Assembly: GCA_043228905.1 (NCBI GenBank)
Contig: JBHGNT010000016.1
Coordinates: 5,766,001-5,830,000, forward strand
Reading direction: 5' to 3'
DNA length: 64,000 nt
Source of the DNA: Azolla caroliniana
Lineage: Eukaryota; Plantae; Polypodiophyta
Part shown: piece by piece, positions 49,069-62,250 of the stretch
Layout: every line of letters starts with the position of its first letter
Numbering within the stretch: the stretch's first letter is position 1
The notes under the pieces: model-generated
The model's input: only the letters and a program-made list of their open reading frames with translations
Databases searched by the model: none
Told to the model about the DNA's origin: nothing
Position numbers and translations under genes: made by a program

Positions 49069-49962
49069 GGGGGGCTTCCATTACGGGGGAGAGTATATAT
49101 CGGAAATGAGTACACACATTCATGTGGAGATCTTGGCCGAGCATGTGGTTAGGTCAGCCATGGCTTATATTACATGCTTCACTGGCTTTTTACACATACT
49201 TTCTACAATTGATGCGCAGTCTCCCATGATAATCTCTCTGAACTCAAACCAACCTTCTTGTTCAGCAACCAACATGCATTACCAATAATCCCTAATTTTA
49301 TTTTATTTTTGATCATTTGTCCATTTTGACAACATTTTCCTCTTGCCTCTCATCCAACCTCCTTTACCATGTAATATTACTGGGCGATTTATTACCGATG
49401 TATTATCATTAATCGATTAATGAATCATTGTAATGCATTATAAAAATGCATGTCGTTGTATAATGAATGAGAAGTGTTTGGTTTTGTGATCGATCGATGC
49501 TGCGCATGCTAAAAAAACAAAAAAGAACAAAAAATCAATGTTGTAAGTAGCTTTTGTGAAATAAATGCATGACATTGTTCCTTGATGTTGGGATATATAT
49601 TGATAGATGTAAGTTGTTTTGTTACAATACTGTACATGGAACAATTGTTCGATTCCTTGCGATTCACATGACGTCGATAGATGTAAGTTTCATTACAATA
49701 CTGTAGATGGAGGAGTAATGGACCAGAATTCACATTTCTCATCATGGCTAGTATGAATGATTGGTTTAATCATATGGCATTCTTGTAATGCATATGCAAT
49801 ATTGGGTAAATGAAATAGTATCAAGCATAGGGCAAGGAAGGCTAAAGTGAGTGGTTGTAACTGATATATAGACTTAATGGAAGGAACAGTGTAATGTTAT
49901 CACAATTCAAGGAAAGATAATGGTGACTTTTCGATATGATATCTTCATTTTAAATGATACGC

Positions 49963-49993
<31 letters not shown>

Positions 49994-52900
49994 ATCGAGA
50001 TGTCTATGTCTATACACATAACTTTTAACTAACAGATTTCATGGTGTGTAGTTAGTGCCATCTAAATAAACTATATATTGTGTGATGTGGTTGAAATCAG
50101 TTACAAAAAAACATTCGATAAAAATAACAAACAAAAAAACGAAAAAAACTTTTGGCGTTAACTTTCATGCGTAGATCCCATTGTAGATGTCAAGAGAAAT
50201 GTTCTGAAAACTCAAATGCTTTACCGCGATGGGTAAAGGGATGGGTGGGTGGGATATGGTACATAGATCAAGTTACGATGCCCATTAATGTCGTATTGAG
50301 CTGTATACAATAACACATAATGTGATACAATCAAATGCCTGAGGTGCTGTTTACAGAAGAAAACAAGCGACTTTTATAATGCAATGTCCGTTTAAGTGCA
50401 TCATGGTTTTATACTAAGAATAGTAGATCTTTCCGTTTGCGAGTCGCGACTAATATTCCTTTCCTGGTAGATGTTCCTTTGAAACATTAATTGCGCCTAA
50501 AGAACAAAGAAAAGAAGAAGACTGTACACGGAAAATTCGAGAGAATGATAAGATGATCCAGGTGTTCTTCCTTGTCTTCTCATGAGTCATGACCAATTTT
50601 ATATATTATAAAAAGAGAACACTATGCACAACCCCCCCAACCCTTCCAAAAGGGGAGAAAGAACAAATAAAATAAAGTATTCATTCAAATCATCACTTAG
50701 ATATTCAAGTTGGGAAAGGCTACCAAGGAAAACGAACAACTCCTTGTATTTTCACCAAGAGAAATGACTATAGTGTCTGTCCCATCACGTAGTTTGTTAT
50801 GTTGCCCTTTGTGCGCTAAATCCAACGAACATTATCATCAAGATGGCACTAATGGAACCCTCCCTCTCACATTGAACACAAATGTGAATATCAAACACAA
50901 CCCTCAATAGCCTTTGAAAAATGCCAACGGAATGAAACTTTAATTCATCAATTGGTTTGTTGTTACATTATCTTTGTAATTGTGTGAAATCGGGTGAATT
51001 GTTGTCGTGTTAATGGTATTTATGGTTAGTAGGGGTGATATGCTGAGTGGAACACTAGTTATGGGGCATCATAACTTTGGATAAGAGAAAAACAATATGT
51101 AATCAAACATGGTCACAATAGACTTTGTTTCCCATAAGATGAATGTATGTTGTTGACCTTTGTCTTGGTGATGAACAATGCATCAATCTAAAAACTATCT
51201 CGGTGTCCGATTCTCGACTTGATAAAAATATGTTGGGATTTGTCTTGAGAGTAATGTGATGCGACCAACAAAACATGATAACACTTCCCTCCATGATGCG
51301 TGAAGATGCATGTAGAGATGAAACAATTAATCCTAATCACTCAAGGAAGAATGAAGAAGAAGATTATTGTTTGTGTTTGTGAATTATGAGATTTATTTTC
51401 TTTATTAGACTGTGGTAAGTTTTTGAGACACAATGTATTCTTCATTTTTGCTTAACCTTGGAGCTTTCACCATCTCATTCTAGCCTTAGAATTGACTTAA
51501 TGAGAGAAATGGCAACGGGGGAGGATAATTTTAGGCACATAAATAGAGTGAAAGCAAATCAAGCCTTGGACAAAATGTTAGCAGATAGATATGTCCAGAC
51601 TCCAAATGCATGAAATCAAATTTGTTAAGAAATTGTCCTTTGGGATGTAGTATTTGGTTCGTATAATGAGTCTATTGTTACTTGTACAATCTTCATTCAC
51701 CTCAAAGTTCATTCAAAATTGGAAGAAAATCACAAAACATATGAATGGAATAGAGTGGGATCAATAGTATTTTTGTGGGGTTTTACCTTAGCTTTTGCCA
51801 ATAGTGATATAAAGCATCACTTAAAAAACTAATAACAAATACACTAGCTAAAATTCTTGTGGCTACATGTTGTCAACAACAATCACTCATTTAAATGTCT
51901 TGACTCTATTATGACACAATAATTAACAATTTCATGAATATATAACTTCAAACTTGTCCATTGGCACCCATCATAACAAAGACGTGATTATAAGTTTGGT
52001 TTGAGGCATCAATGTCGTCACATCTACTAAGTTGTGGATAGAAAGGGCACATGAAGACCTTAGTTTAGCCACATTTCTAGGCTTGCCTCCATGATGGTTC
52101 AAGATGAAATGCTCCCCGTACAATGAATGCTTGTCGCTTTATAGGTGTCTATAGTTTAGGCACCACAAAGTTTGATTGGGGTTGGAAGGGGATTTCTTGC
52201 CGATAGATATTATAGTCTCATATGTGGCGCACGAGATAGAGCGGAATTCATCAAAGTTTGATTAAGCAAAAATAATGCATTTTTTGTAAGGTTTTAACTA
52301 TACAAAAAATGAAGAGCACTTTGCACAAGTTGCCAGATGATTTTGAAGTTCTTGTTTGGAAGGTCATGTTGGCTACCTTGCTACGGTTCACTCGTTAAGC
52401 TGATCACATATCTTGAAAGGCATACATTTCTTTAATATGACGATAGTCCTCGAGGATGTTAGGCACACATTTATACCATAGCCAATTGCAAGGGTTGTTT
52501 GGGAGTTCTTTCCAAATTTTAGATTTTCCGTACTAAATTATAATGACCCAACTTTAGCTAGTCAAATGAGTACATTCGCTCTAACCCGTGATTGTTATTC
52601 TCAAGTGTCGGGAACATGGTTTACTACCAACATATGCTTTCTTGTTTGATGGATGAAGTGGATTGGACTTGTTGTGCCTTGGCAAGGTGCCCACCTAACA
52701 CAATGACCCTTACATTGGTACAACATCGTGCTTTGATCCTTACATTTTCCCTTAATGAGGTGCCCACCTAATTTAGTTACCCTTGCATTTGTAAGGCATT
52801 TGGTTTTGATACTTAACATTTGTGCCTTGACAAGGTACCCATTACCTTGTTAGTGTAGTATTAAAATATACTATTTTTTTGGATATAAACAAAGATAGCC

Positions 52901-53159
52901 ATCATGTGGCTTTTGTTATTATTAGGTTTATTATTACTCTCTTATGTGTATCTTCAAGATCAAGTCATATCTTGATTCATTTAGAAAGGATCACAACTAT
53001 CTTTAACTTAGGATGTGAAGAAACTATTAATTCCAAGGATGTTTGATACTTCTAGAAATAGAGCTCTAGGCCCTCATATGTCATTATTCATGGTGACCAC
53101 TCACGAGTCCTAGATGCCACTTTTATGTCCGGAAGATTCTCAACTTTTTGTTCAGAAGA

Positions 53160-53670
53160 TGTACAAAGTAAATTTAGGCATTGACTTAGCTCCAAGCTAG
53201 AGAACCAATATGTTATTTATCCTCTAGTGTGGAATCTCACAATAAGAGGGGTGATATTGGCCCCAAATTTCAACATAACGGTGTATGTTACATCCCTAGA
53301 TGTTTAAATGAGTTTGATGTTGTATGTTATGTCCTTGGATATTTAAATGAGTGTTAATATAATGAAATGCTCACAATGACCTTTTGCATGAAATTAGGTG
53401 TTCCTTTTTGTGGCAAGGCATAACATAAACCATACATGTACATACAAAGTAAATGTGGACACCAACTCACCTAGCTAGAGAGTCAATATGTTATTTTATC
53501 CTTGAGTGTGGAATCTTGCAATTGGAGGTTTGACATTGGCCCAAATCATCAACATCAAGGTGTATGTTACATCCCTAGACATTTAAATGAATCTTAATAT
53601 AATGAAATGCTCATAGTGACCTTTAATGTGAGGATACACTCTTAATTAGAGAGAAATTAGGTGTTCCTGT
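53160..53670. repeat. Diverged ~280-bp direct duplication
   Basis: TACAAAGTAAAT...AGCTAGAGA..CAATATGTTATTT..GTGTGGAATCT...GGTGTATGTTACATCCCTAGA..TTAATATAATGAAATGCTCA present at ~53162 and ~53443. Confidence 0.75.
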
Positions 53671-55689
53671 CAATAGGCCCAAAGCCCTTATTCATACCAT
53701 CGAGTGATAACCACAATTAGACGTCAATTCTTGGCTATCTTGCTCCTGCATTCACTAGCTCTTGTGGTAAATTCTAATGGGTGAGCCCCTATTTGCTCTA
53801 CGGTTGGGAGGTGAGTCAGATATCCACCTTTACTCTATTTGTATGTGTATGGGTTTGTGTCTTGTGTGCAACTTGAGAATACGAAGGTCCAAGAAGGACG
53901 CATGTGTTGCTACTTTTTTATCTACTTGTAGTGATGTCAATATTACGATCCATTAATTAGAAGTCCACATTTTGTCTATGCCAACACACACATAGTTATA
54001 TTAATTGCATGTGAAAAACAGTACAATGTCACTACAAATAATTTACTGTCACCACTAAATGATTAGTGGGACACGTTGAAGAGCCAATAGTCGAGAAAAT
54101 GTCCTTGTTGAGGAGAGTTTCTACTTGTTCTAGTATGTAAATAAAATTTTGTGGATATGTTTTAATTTCATATCTACCATCAAACATGAAAGCATGCACA
54201 TATTTCACTTTGACGCAATTCCCAAATCCTCCAAATGGAAAAATGAGCTTCCTTGATTGCAAGTCAAGTTATGTAAATTGTGATGATCGCCATTGTCTTG
54301 ATATAACATAACAACATGACAAAACATCTGAAATATGATTTTAGACCCGACAATCTAGTAGAAACTATGTGAAGAAGTGAGGACAATATTCCAATTGATC
54401 TATGTTAAAATGAAGCAAATGATGGTTGCCTAATCTCGACACTTTAGAGCCCATCCAAAAGATAGATCCCCAATCATCACTCTCATAGGCATAACAATCT
54501 AGAATGCCAACTACACTATAAGATTTGACACAATTTAGGATTAGAGTTACTTTTATTCTATTATTGTTTAACCTTAGATGATAACCATCGATGTGATTCC
54601 AATGGAATAGTGGTGGGAGATATTAATAACAACTTGAAAAACTAGCTATTGCCTTGCAAATGCCAATCCAACCATGATTGCTACTCCATCTTCATAGTCA
54701 AGAGACTCTACATCAATGATATACGCTTGTGCATCAAGGAAGCCCAAAATCTTTGAGATTTTGGATCAACCACATCCCAAACAAGCAATTAACATTTAAC
54801 ATTGAATTCATAGTCCATGATCTACAAATTGTATTCCCCCAAAAAAGCAAGGCATATTCAAGATGCTTCTGAATTTATTGTGTGACCAGTTTTTGAGGAT
54901 AGTACAAAATAGATTAATGATATTTTGAAGAACCATGGAGGGGCCATGTGTGCCCCTTCGTGGTTCTTCAAAGTAACGAAATGAAATGGTAGAGAAGGCA
55001 ATGATGAACCTAAACTGTCGAGAATGAACCTAAACGGTCAAAAGCTTGTGGATATATGATAGCTAGGTTATCTTATGTAGACAATCACTTGTTGCCAAAT
55101 TTATGAGTGGATCATTTTTAAAAAAACTCCACAACACAAAGTACTTGAGATTGTATTAAACATAACATCCCGATGTTGTCACAACAATACATCTAGAATA
55201 CCCAACGGATGTACACGTGAGTAGAAGGTTTGATTAAATCATTTCTATACATGAAAAGAAGATCCATCATGTGTATTAGTCAACAACTTATATGTTGCTT
55301 GTCAAATGAACATGCATGTAGTTATAAGGATGAGAGAAACCAAGTAAAGCACACACTATATATTACAAAGCGAGCAACAAGGCAAGATTGATCAACGTTG
55401 ATCCATCATAGAGCCACATGAGGAGCATAGATTTTGATTGTACTATCGTGCTCTAGGAGTCTCGCCACGAGCCTCCTGCTCTGGGTTTGTGGAAGAGGTG
55501 TCTCGGATTTGATCCCCGACCATAGGGTCTTTCTCGGGTCTTGTTGAAGGAACGCAGTAGTGCCTCTTGGGAGAGCGAGCTCAATATGCCTCTCGTGTGT
55601 GTGTAACAATATATTGTATTGTATTTGGGCTTTAACTAGGTTGCGTAGAAGCACAAAGAGTTTGCTCAAGAGAGCAGTATTCTCATGAA

Positions 55690-55820
55690 AAGCCAAGGGG
55701 TATTTTGGGGAATTTGTGAAAACGTGTAGGGGTATTTGAGAAGGCCAAGGGGTATTTTGGGGAATTTGTGAAAACATATAGGGGTATTCGGGGAATATGT
55801 AAAAGCATAGGCGTATTTGA
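55690..55820 (+). repeat. ~52-bp direct repeat carrying five GGGGTATTT-like motifs just upstream of the exonuclease gene
   Basis: GCCAAGGGGTATTTTGGGGAATTTGTGAAAAC occurs twice, plus a degenerate third copy. Confidence 0.85.
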
Positions 55821-55911
55821 GCAACACGATATCATAGCTTTAACATTATCATTGGCCTTTTCTCATCATAAACCCTAATCTCTCTCTCTCTCTCTGCTGT
55901 TCCTGTGTGCG

Positions 55912-57408
55912 ATGGGAGGTCCTGTGCTTAAGAAGAAGGGGAAAACAAGAGTACCCAAGTCGCAGATTGCAGAGAAAAGTCACCCCGTCGATCTCCACAT
56001 TCAACCAGAGGTAAGATCTTTCCGTGCTACAGAATTAGGGTTTGCTCCGTTAGTCTCAAAGATGGAGAAGATGAAAATGAAGAAGGAGAAGAAAAAGAAG
56101 AAGAAAAAGAAGAAGGAGGAGGAGAAGGTGGAGAAGGAGGGGAAAAAGGAGGTATTTACAAGATTAGAGAGGAGAGCGGAGATTTCTATTGATGAATCCT
56201 TGGAAGAGAATGAGAAGAAGTCTCTGTTACAATGGGTCGAGAAATGTTTGAAAGGAGAAAAGGGAGAAAGATCTGAAGAGGAAGAAATTCGATCGAATGG
56301 ACATGGAGATAGATCTGATCATGATAGAAGCCGTACATCTAATGGAGTGACAAAAGCATCACACAATGGTATCAGAAATAATTCTTCTACAGTTCATGTT
56401 TCACTGACATCTCGCAATGTGCATTCTTTAGGAGCTAACAATGATATTGTAAATGCACCTTTGACAGTCGAAAATGGTATCAGAGAAAAGTCTTGTAAAG
56501 CTCAAAATTTGAAAAAAAGCTTTTGCAACTTGCACTCTCTCAAAACTAACTCAGAGGAAGAAGAAGATAGTTCTTTGACAATAGAAAACGGTGTCAGGGA
56601 TAATGCTTCTGGAGATCTTATTTCGAGGACTTTCCACAGTGTTAATTCGTTTGAACCTTACGTAGAGAAAGAAGAGGAGAGTTCATTAAGAATGCAGGAT
56701 GGTATGAGAGGACATTGCAGAAAGAGAAAAAGAGTGGCTGACAAAGTTCTTGACTACGTGATTAAAAGGTGTCTTGTATTGAGGCCATTTCCATCCTCAA
56801 GTTCATTCTCAAGATTAGGGACAGGAAGGCCAGGAATGACCATTCGATCAACTATTAAGGCATGGGAAAAGCATATATCAGTGACTGTGACAAGTGAATC
56901 ATCCATCGTCCGAGAATGGATTCATGCCCAAAATGGTAATCTGTATGGTTTAGATGTCGAATGGAGACCTAACCGAATCAAAGGCCTAAGGGATAACAAG
57001 GTAGCACTTTTGCAACTTTGTGGAGAGAATGAATGCTTGATTGTACAAATGTTGTACTTGGATCAGAAGCCACCTGAATTGGCGAACCTTCTGAATGACC
57101 CAGAAAAATGTTTAGCTGGTGTGGGTGTGTGTATGGATGGAAAGAGACTTTTGAATGATCATGGATTATCATGCCAAGGCACGATAGAGCTAACAACACT
57201 TGCTGTGGAAAGGCTCAAACGAGAAGAATTAGGTCATGTGGGGCTTAAGGTACTTGTGCAAGAAGTGTTGGGTGTCCAAATGGAAAAGAGAAAAAGTGTA
57301 ACGATGAGCAATTGGGCTCAACGAATATTGAATGATGCCCAAGTTGAATACGCTTGTATTGATGCCTTTGTTTCATATGCCTTGTGTCAAAAACTGCTCG
57401 GTAGATGA
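55912..57408 (+). CDS. Werner-syndrome-like DEDDy 3'-5' exonuclease with long charged N-terminal extension, intronless
   Basis: ExoI 'GLDVEWRP', 'KVALLQLC', ExoII 'GVGVCMDGKRL', 'GLKVLVQEVLG', 'SNW', ExoIII 'QVEYACIDAFVS'. Preceded by a telo-box and (CT)n leader. Confidence 0.9.
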   Translation: MGGPVLKKKGKTRVPKSQIAEKSHPVDLHIQPEVRSFRATELGFAPLVSKMEKMKMKKEKKKKKKKKKEEEKVEKEGKKEVFTRLERRAEISIDESLEENEKKSLLQWVEKCLKGEKGERSEEEEIRSNGHGDRSDHDRSRTSNGVTKASHNGIRNNSSTVHVSLTSRNVHSLGANNDIVNAPLTVENGIREKSCKAQNLKKSFCNLHSLKTNSEEEEDSSLTIENGVRDNASGDLISRTFHSVNSFEPYVEKEEESSLRMQDGMRGHCRKRKRVADKVLDYVIKRCLVLRPFPSSSSFSRLGTGRPGMTIRSTIKAWEKHISVTVTSESSIVREWIHAQNGNLYGLDVEWRPNRIKGLRDNKVALLQLCGENECLIVQMLYLDQKPPELANLLNDPEKCLAGVGVCMDGKRLLNDHGLSCQGTIELTTLAVERLKREELGHVGLKVLVQEVLGVQMEKRKSVTMSNWAQRILNDAQVEYACIDAFVSYALCQKLLGR

Positions 57409-58706
57409 AGAGACATGCACACATTTATATGTGCAGATGTTTGGCTTTGTAAGTTCTTATATTAAAAACAAACTTACAAAGATGTTGGGTTGTAGGCTCA
57501 AAAGCATTCGAATCCCAGCAAAATTCAGTTTTGTCCCAATGTTATGTAAGCCACAGGTCGCAAGTTCAAATCCCTCCCCATGATTTCCTTGCCACAAATG
57601 GCAATTGACTTCTCCATTAAGAGAAACGGCAAACATTAGTCTCAAATTTTTTGACAAGGATTTTTTATTCAAGAATCTCTTGCAAGTTCAAGAGAGTTTT
57701 TACAAGACGCTTTTTGAGAATCTATTGCAGATGCCAATAACCTTTTATGAGGCAAGTTTAACTGAGGATATTTGTTCTCACTTTAGTCTTAACTGAGGAT
57801 TTATTTTTGGGCCGTTTAATTACTGAGTCTGGATATAGTTTTTGTATTGATAATTTCAATGATGAACATGTTTTGGTCTCTGGATCTGCTAAAGTTATAT
57901 GGCTTTTAACTAGCTTAGTGCAATTTCTATATTACAGTGCTTTTCTAGTGACTCAGTAAAAACTTGGTGATCTAGATTTTGCAGAAGGCATTAATGCACT
58001 AGATAGATACACCGAGTACCACTCAGTTCATTAGGGTATGGCTTTCCAACATTGACGTTATCATTTTGTGCACAATACAAAATAGGGTTTCCTTTGAAAG
58101 GCAATTTTGACAAAATGAGCTAGTTGACTAAACCAAACAAAAATATTGTATTTCTGTATAGTTATGAAACCAGCAATGGGTATCTCTTATCCAAATAATG
58201 ACAAATGTTTTCCATATCCTATACATAGTTAATACATTTTGAATTACACTTGGTTGAGAAGGGAAGTTCAAAATGGTGTACATCATGCCTAGCATTCGCC
58301 ATGCTATGAATTGGTCTAGAGGCTACTTTAAATCCAAGATCTACCCTTGTTTGAGTAACTCAATATTCCAAATCAACATCTATGATTGCTTATAATCTCC
58401 ATTTGGCCCAACTAGCAGTGTTGGTGATGCGCATGTTGCATACAAATTGCTCATAATTATGTAACTATGTAATATGGTAATAACTTATCATGAAAGGGTT
58501 AATGAGTTGGAGAAACCAAATATAAATATACTAGGTTAATAACTCACTCGCCGAGTCTCTTTGTGTTCTAAGGCTTATCATAGTTGTAGGCTATATTGTT
58601 ATCGACTCACATGCCCTTACTCAAATCCCATGTATTTCGCTAGATGAATATGGTCCTTGGCTCAATTCCCAACCTTGTCTTCACAAAACAACCTTTTTTA
58701 ACTACA

Positions 58707-58709
<3 letters not shown>

Positions 58710-58763
<54 letters not shown>
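58710..58763. repeat. (CT)n microsatellite
   Basis: Directly visible. Confidence 0.95.
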
Positions 58764-58766
<3 letters not shown>

Positions 58767-59606
58767 GGATGCTAAAAAATATCTATCTCAATCATCCTCA
58801 CCTATTGGGGGGTGGGGGGGAACACCTATTGCATTTGTTTTATAGTGAATATTATGGAGTTGAAAAGCACCCTCTTCTTTTCTCACTTTCTCAAGGATCG
58901 TAATCAACCCCACCTATTGGTGAGCCCCAACTCACACTAGGTGTACTTATTGTGTTGGAAAAAGCACAACTATCAAAGTTGGAGCATTGCTTTATGAGCC
59001 ATCTTGGAGAAGGACAACATACAAATTCAATGCTCAACCTTCCCCCTTTAAAACCTTAGAATAATTCTCTTCGTCACACTTCAATGGCACCATGACTCGG
59101 TCTTGACTCTTCAGTAATATCATAAATATAAATACAATTTAAATCATTCATAAAATTGTATTGGTTATTACGCTAACTGCAATCAAATAATGTCACCTTC
59201 CAAGACATCTATATCCTCTTCTCCTAAACACAAACTTAGTTAACAAGTTTTGTAATTTGGGATTTTGAAACTATTTCATGGAGGTTGGATTGACTATTAA
59301 TCTAAGTGAGAGTTATGCTTGTTATGCCTCCTCACCATGTTCTTGTGTAGGACCAAACTAGCATCTACCATATTGTTAACATAGGTAAGAAAGGTAGTCA
59401 AGTGTTAAACTCTCTAGTAATAACTTGCTTAATTAGTACAAGAACTTAATATACTTGAATAAGTTAATTAATATGAACATAGACTTAGAAATATTTGTTA
59501 AACAAGGAGCTCAAACTAATATTAGTGATTACTTACTACAAGGCTTAAAGAGTAAAGAAAGCACTAATCCTAAGAGGGAGAGAGTGTGTGTGTGTTGGTG
59601 CCCAGA

Positions 59607-59676
59607 TGGATGTAGCTCAGTTGGTAAGGTTGCCCAATGTAGATTAGGAGGTCATGGGTTCAACCCCTACATTCCA
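59607..59676 (+). mobile_element. tRNA-derived SINE head or tRNA pseudogene; A-box-deleted second copy at ~59863-59935
   Basis: A box TAGCTCAGTTGG (59613-59624), B box GGTTCAACCCC (59657-59667), acceptor-like pairing GGATGTA/TACATTCC. Anticodon arm does not fold cleanly. Confidence 0.65.
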
Positions 59677-60085
59677 CAATGGCTCATCTAGTGAATTAAA
59701 AAGAGATATGTATGAAGTATGTAATAGAGAGGTGAGATAATTGGGTTTCGAAACCAAGATACACATTGTGCTTAAGTGTAACAACTTACCATTTGGGTCC
59801 AAGACATAGAGCTTGTAGTGTAACAACTTACCATTAGGCTAAGATACTTATGATGAAAAGAGAGAGTGTGTGTGTTGGTATGGTTGCCCAACATTGGAGA
59901 CCAAGAGGTCATGGGTTCAAACCCTACATTCCACAGAGATTGGGTCAGTTTTGAACCCAAGACAAAGATGGCACCAATTACCTATAAAACTGAAGAACAA
60001 CCATATGTTGATTTCTATTTGCATGGTCAAACTCAATTTTAAAAGTGACTATTAATCTCTTGTATCATTGTCCCATTGAGTATAG

Positions 60086-60322
60086 TCAATGGCTATCATA
60101 TATGGTTGAACAAGGATGGAAAGTACATAACTCTAATATGGATGGTGGTAAATCTTGAAATGTAGTAGGCATTCTAATTTCTAAATTTCCCATTCTATCA
60201 AAGGTCTTCATTTCAAGAGCATTGAATGAGGGTTTACATTTGCGATTAGCTCTTAAGAGACATAGATTTGCAATAAGCAATTGCTTTTTTGCATTGCTCA
60301 AGTGGAAGACAATACTCATCAT
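60086..60322 (-). mobile_element. Decayed LINE reverse-transcriptase fragment
   Basis: 'QLLIANLCL...LEMKTFDRM' resembles the L1 RT motifs 'VLIANEC...LDMEKAFDRV'. Confidence 0.45.
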
Positions 60323-60960
60323 CTCATATTCTGTTTAATTGCTCGCCAGATTTGAGCTACATTTCTTAGATTTGGCAAGTTTTGTCACATCATTATTTGA
60401 CATCAAGGCAATGGGTGTTTGCACTACTTTACCCAAGATTAGAGAGGGAGATCATTTTCCTACTTTTGAGATATTGGGGATTGCATCACAACTGGGATAT
60501 GCACAATGTTATTGTATTTGATGGTAGGCATGGAGTTAGAGCATATCTACAAAAAATTGAAGACAATACTAATGTGGCAATTCTGTTTGTTGGAGTAAGT
60601 CAGAATTTTGTCCACGTTGTAGTCTTTTTGCCTAGTGGTGGTTTAGCACATCCCACTACTTGGTGTCGCGATGAAACCACTCAATTGTGGTAACAGTTTA
60701 GTGTTTTTCACACACCTTTATTAATATACTTGTGTATTTTCACCCCAAAAAAGTTAGAGGAGAAAATTGTACGTAGAGTAAGGGAAAAGTGAAGAAAATC
60801 CAAAACGTTGGGTTTTATTCATCCCTAGACATTTAAGTGCTTTTGCCTTTTGTCACCTTTCAATTATGTGGACACAATATCCTTTCCTAAGTTCTATATA
60901 TTCTCTTTCCCTCCACATGTCGATACCAATGCCATGTCAACGAAGTGTTTCACAGAGAAG

Positions 60961-61503
60961 CACTTAGTAATTCCTTCATTTCAACGAGGATGTCGAAGGA
61001 ATTAAGATACATGAAACAATACATGTTCGCAAGAAAGGTTCAATCGGCATAGCTACGACCAGAGGTTTTTGGTAGAAGGAACAAAGAACATGAGACAAGC
61101 ATAAAATTTGCCCAATCGAAGGGTTCAAGTTATTCTACACTTAGTAATTCCTTTGATTCAACGGGGATGTCGAAGGAATCAAAGATACACACGATGATAT
61201 GTGTTCGCAAGAAAAGGTTCAATCGGCATAGCTACGACCAGAGGTTTTTGGCAGAAGGAGCAAAGAACATGGGACAAGCATAAAATCTGCCCAATCGAAG
61301 GGTTCAAGTTATTCTACACTTAGTAAATCCTTTGATTCAACGAGGATGTCGAAGGAATCAAGATACACATGATGATATGTGTTCGCAAGAAAAGGTTCAA
61401 TCGGCATGGCTACAACTAGAGATGTTTTGGCAGAAGGGGCAAGGAACACGCAAAGGAACATGGGGCAAGCATAAAATCTGCCTAATCGAAGGGTTCAAGT
61501 TAT
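60961..61503. repeat. Tandem repeat, 3 x ~178 bp
   Basis: Unit CACTTAGTAA(T/A)TCCTT...TCAACG.GGATGTCGAAGGAAT...GCATAAAAT.TGCC.AATCGAAGGGTTCAAGTTAT starts at 60961, 61138 and 61317. Confidence 0.92.
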
Positions 61504-62250
61504 CTTGGATGATGATGATAAGAAAAAACAGCTCCTTACAAGTTTGGTCTAGTGTCACGATAGAGCCAAAGGGAAGAAGACACAATGTGTGTTTTTGTCA
61601 CTACATTGGGTTGTTGTCTCCATGTCTCCCTTCGACTCTGTTGTGGCACTAGACCATACTTCCGAGGAACCGATTTCTTTATCATCACCATCAATCCTGG
61701 TATGTGTGTGATCGACCCCACCCCCGACCCGACGACATCAGGTCAGTTTGTCGCGCTCTCTGTTCTGTTCGACTACTGTAAACAAAACAACACACGAAGC
61801 AAAGAGAAGTTTTGGATGGATTGCCACGATAGTCTCTTATACATATTTGTCAATAAAAACAACCAACAAAATACAAGCCTAACAAACAAAGATCCTTCCT
61901 TCCATCACATGTGACGCCTTCTTTCCTTCTACTTCTTCTTCTTCTTCTTCCAATCTTTCTTCTTTCTTCCTCTTCTTTACATACTTACCTAAATAAGGCA
62001 ATCACAGAATCGCCCACCTCCCTTTTTTAGTACTATATGCTTCTCTCTCTCTCTCTCTCTGATTCTCGTACAATACTGCACGAAAGACGCCGAGATTTGA
62101 GCATCGAGTTGGGTTTTCTCTCCTCTCAATTGGGCTCTTCTTCAAATATTAGGGTTCCTTGCTCACGCAGTGGATTAGGTCGTGTGTGTGTGTGTGTTTC
62201 TCTTTCTTCTTTGATCCTCTCTTTATTTCTTCTTCGTTGGATCAGCTTCT

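Noticed and set aside
50900-55400. Possible genes or nameable TEs in the EPFL-exonuclease interval (also 14050-15100 and 29900-31170)
   Set aside because: Only short unrecognisable ORFs; probably very old TE debris, but no motif I can defend.
3470-57408. UNG + PPRs + exonuclease as a functional nucleic-acid editing/repair cluster
   Set aside because: Unrelated housekeeping genes are interspersed and PPR genes are very abundant in such genomes, so proximity is expected by chance without synteny or co-expression evidence.
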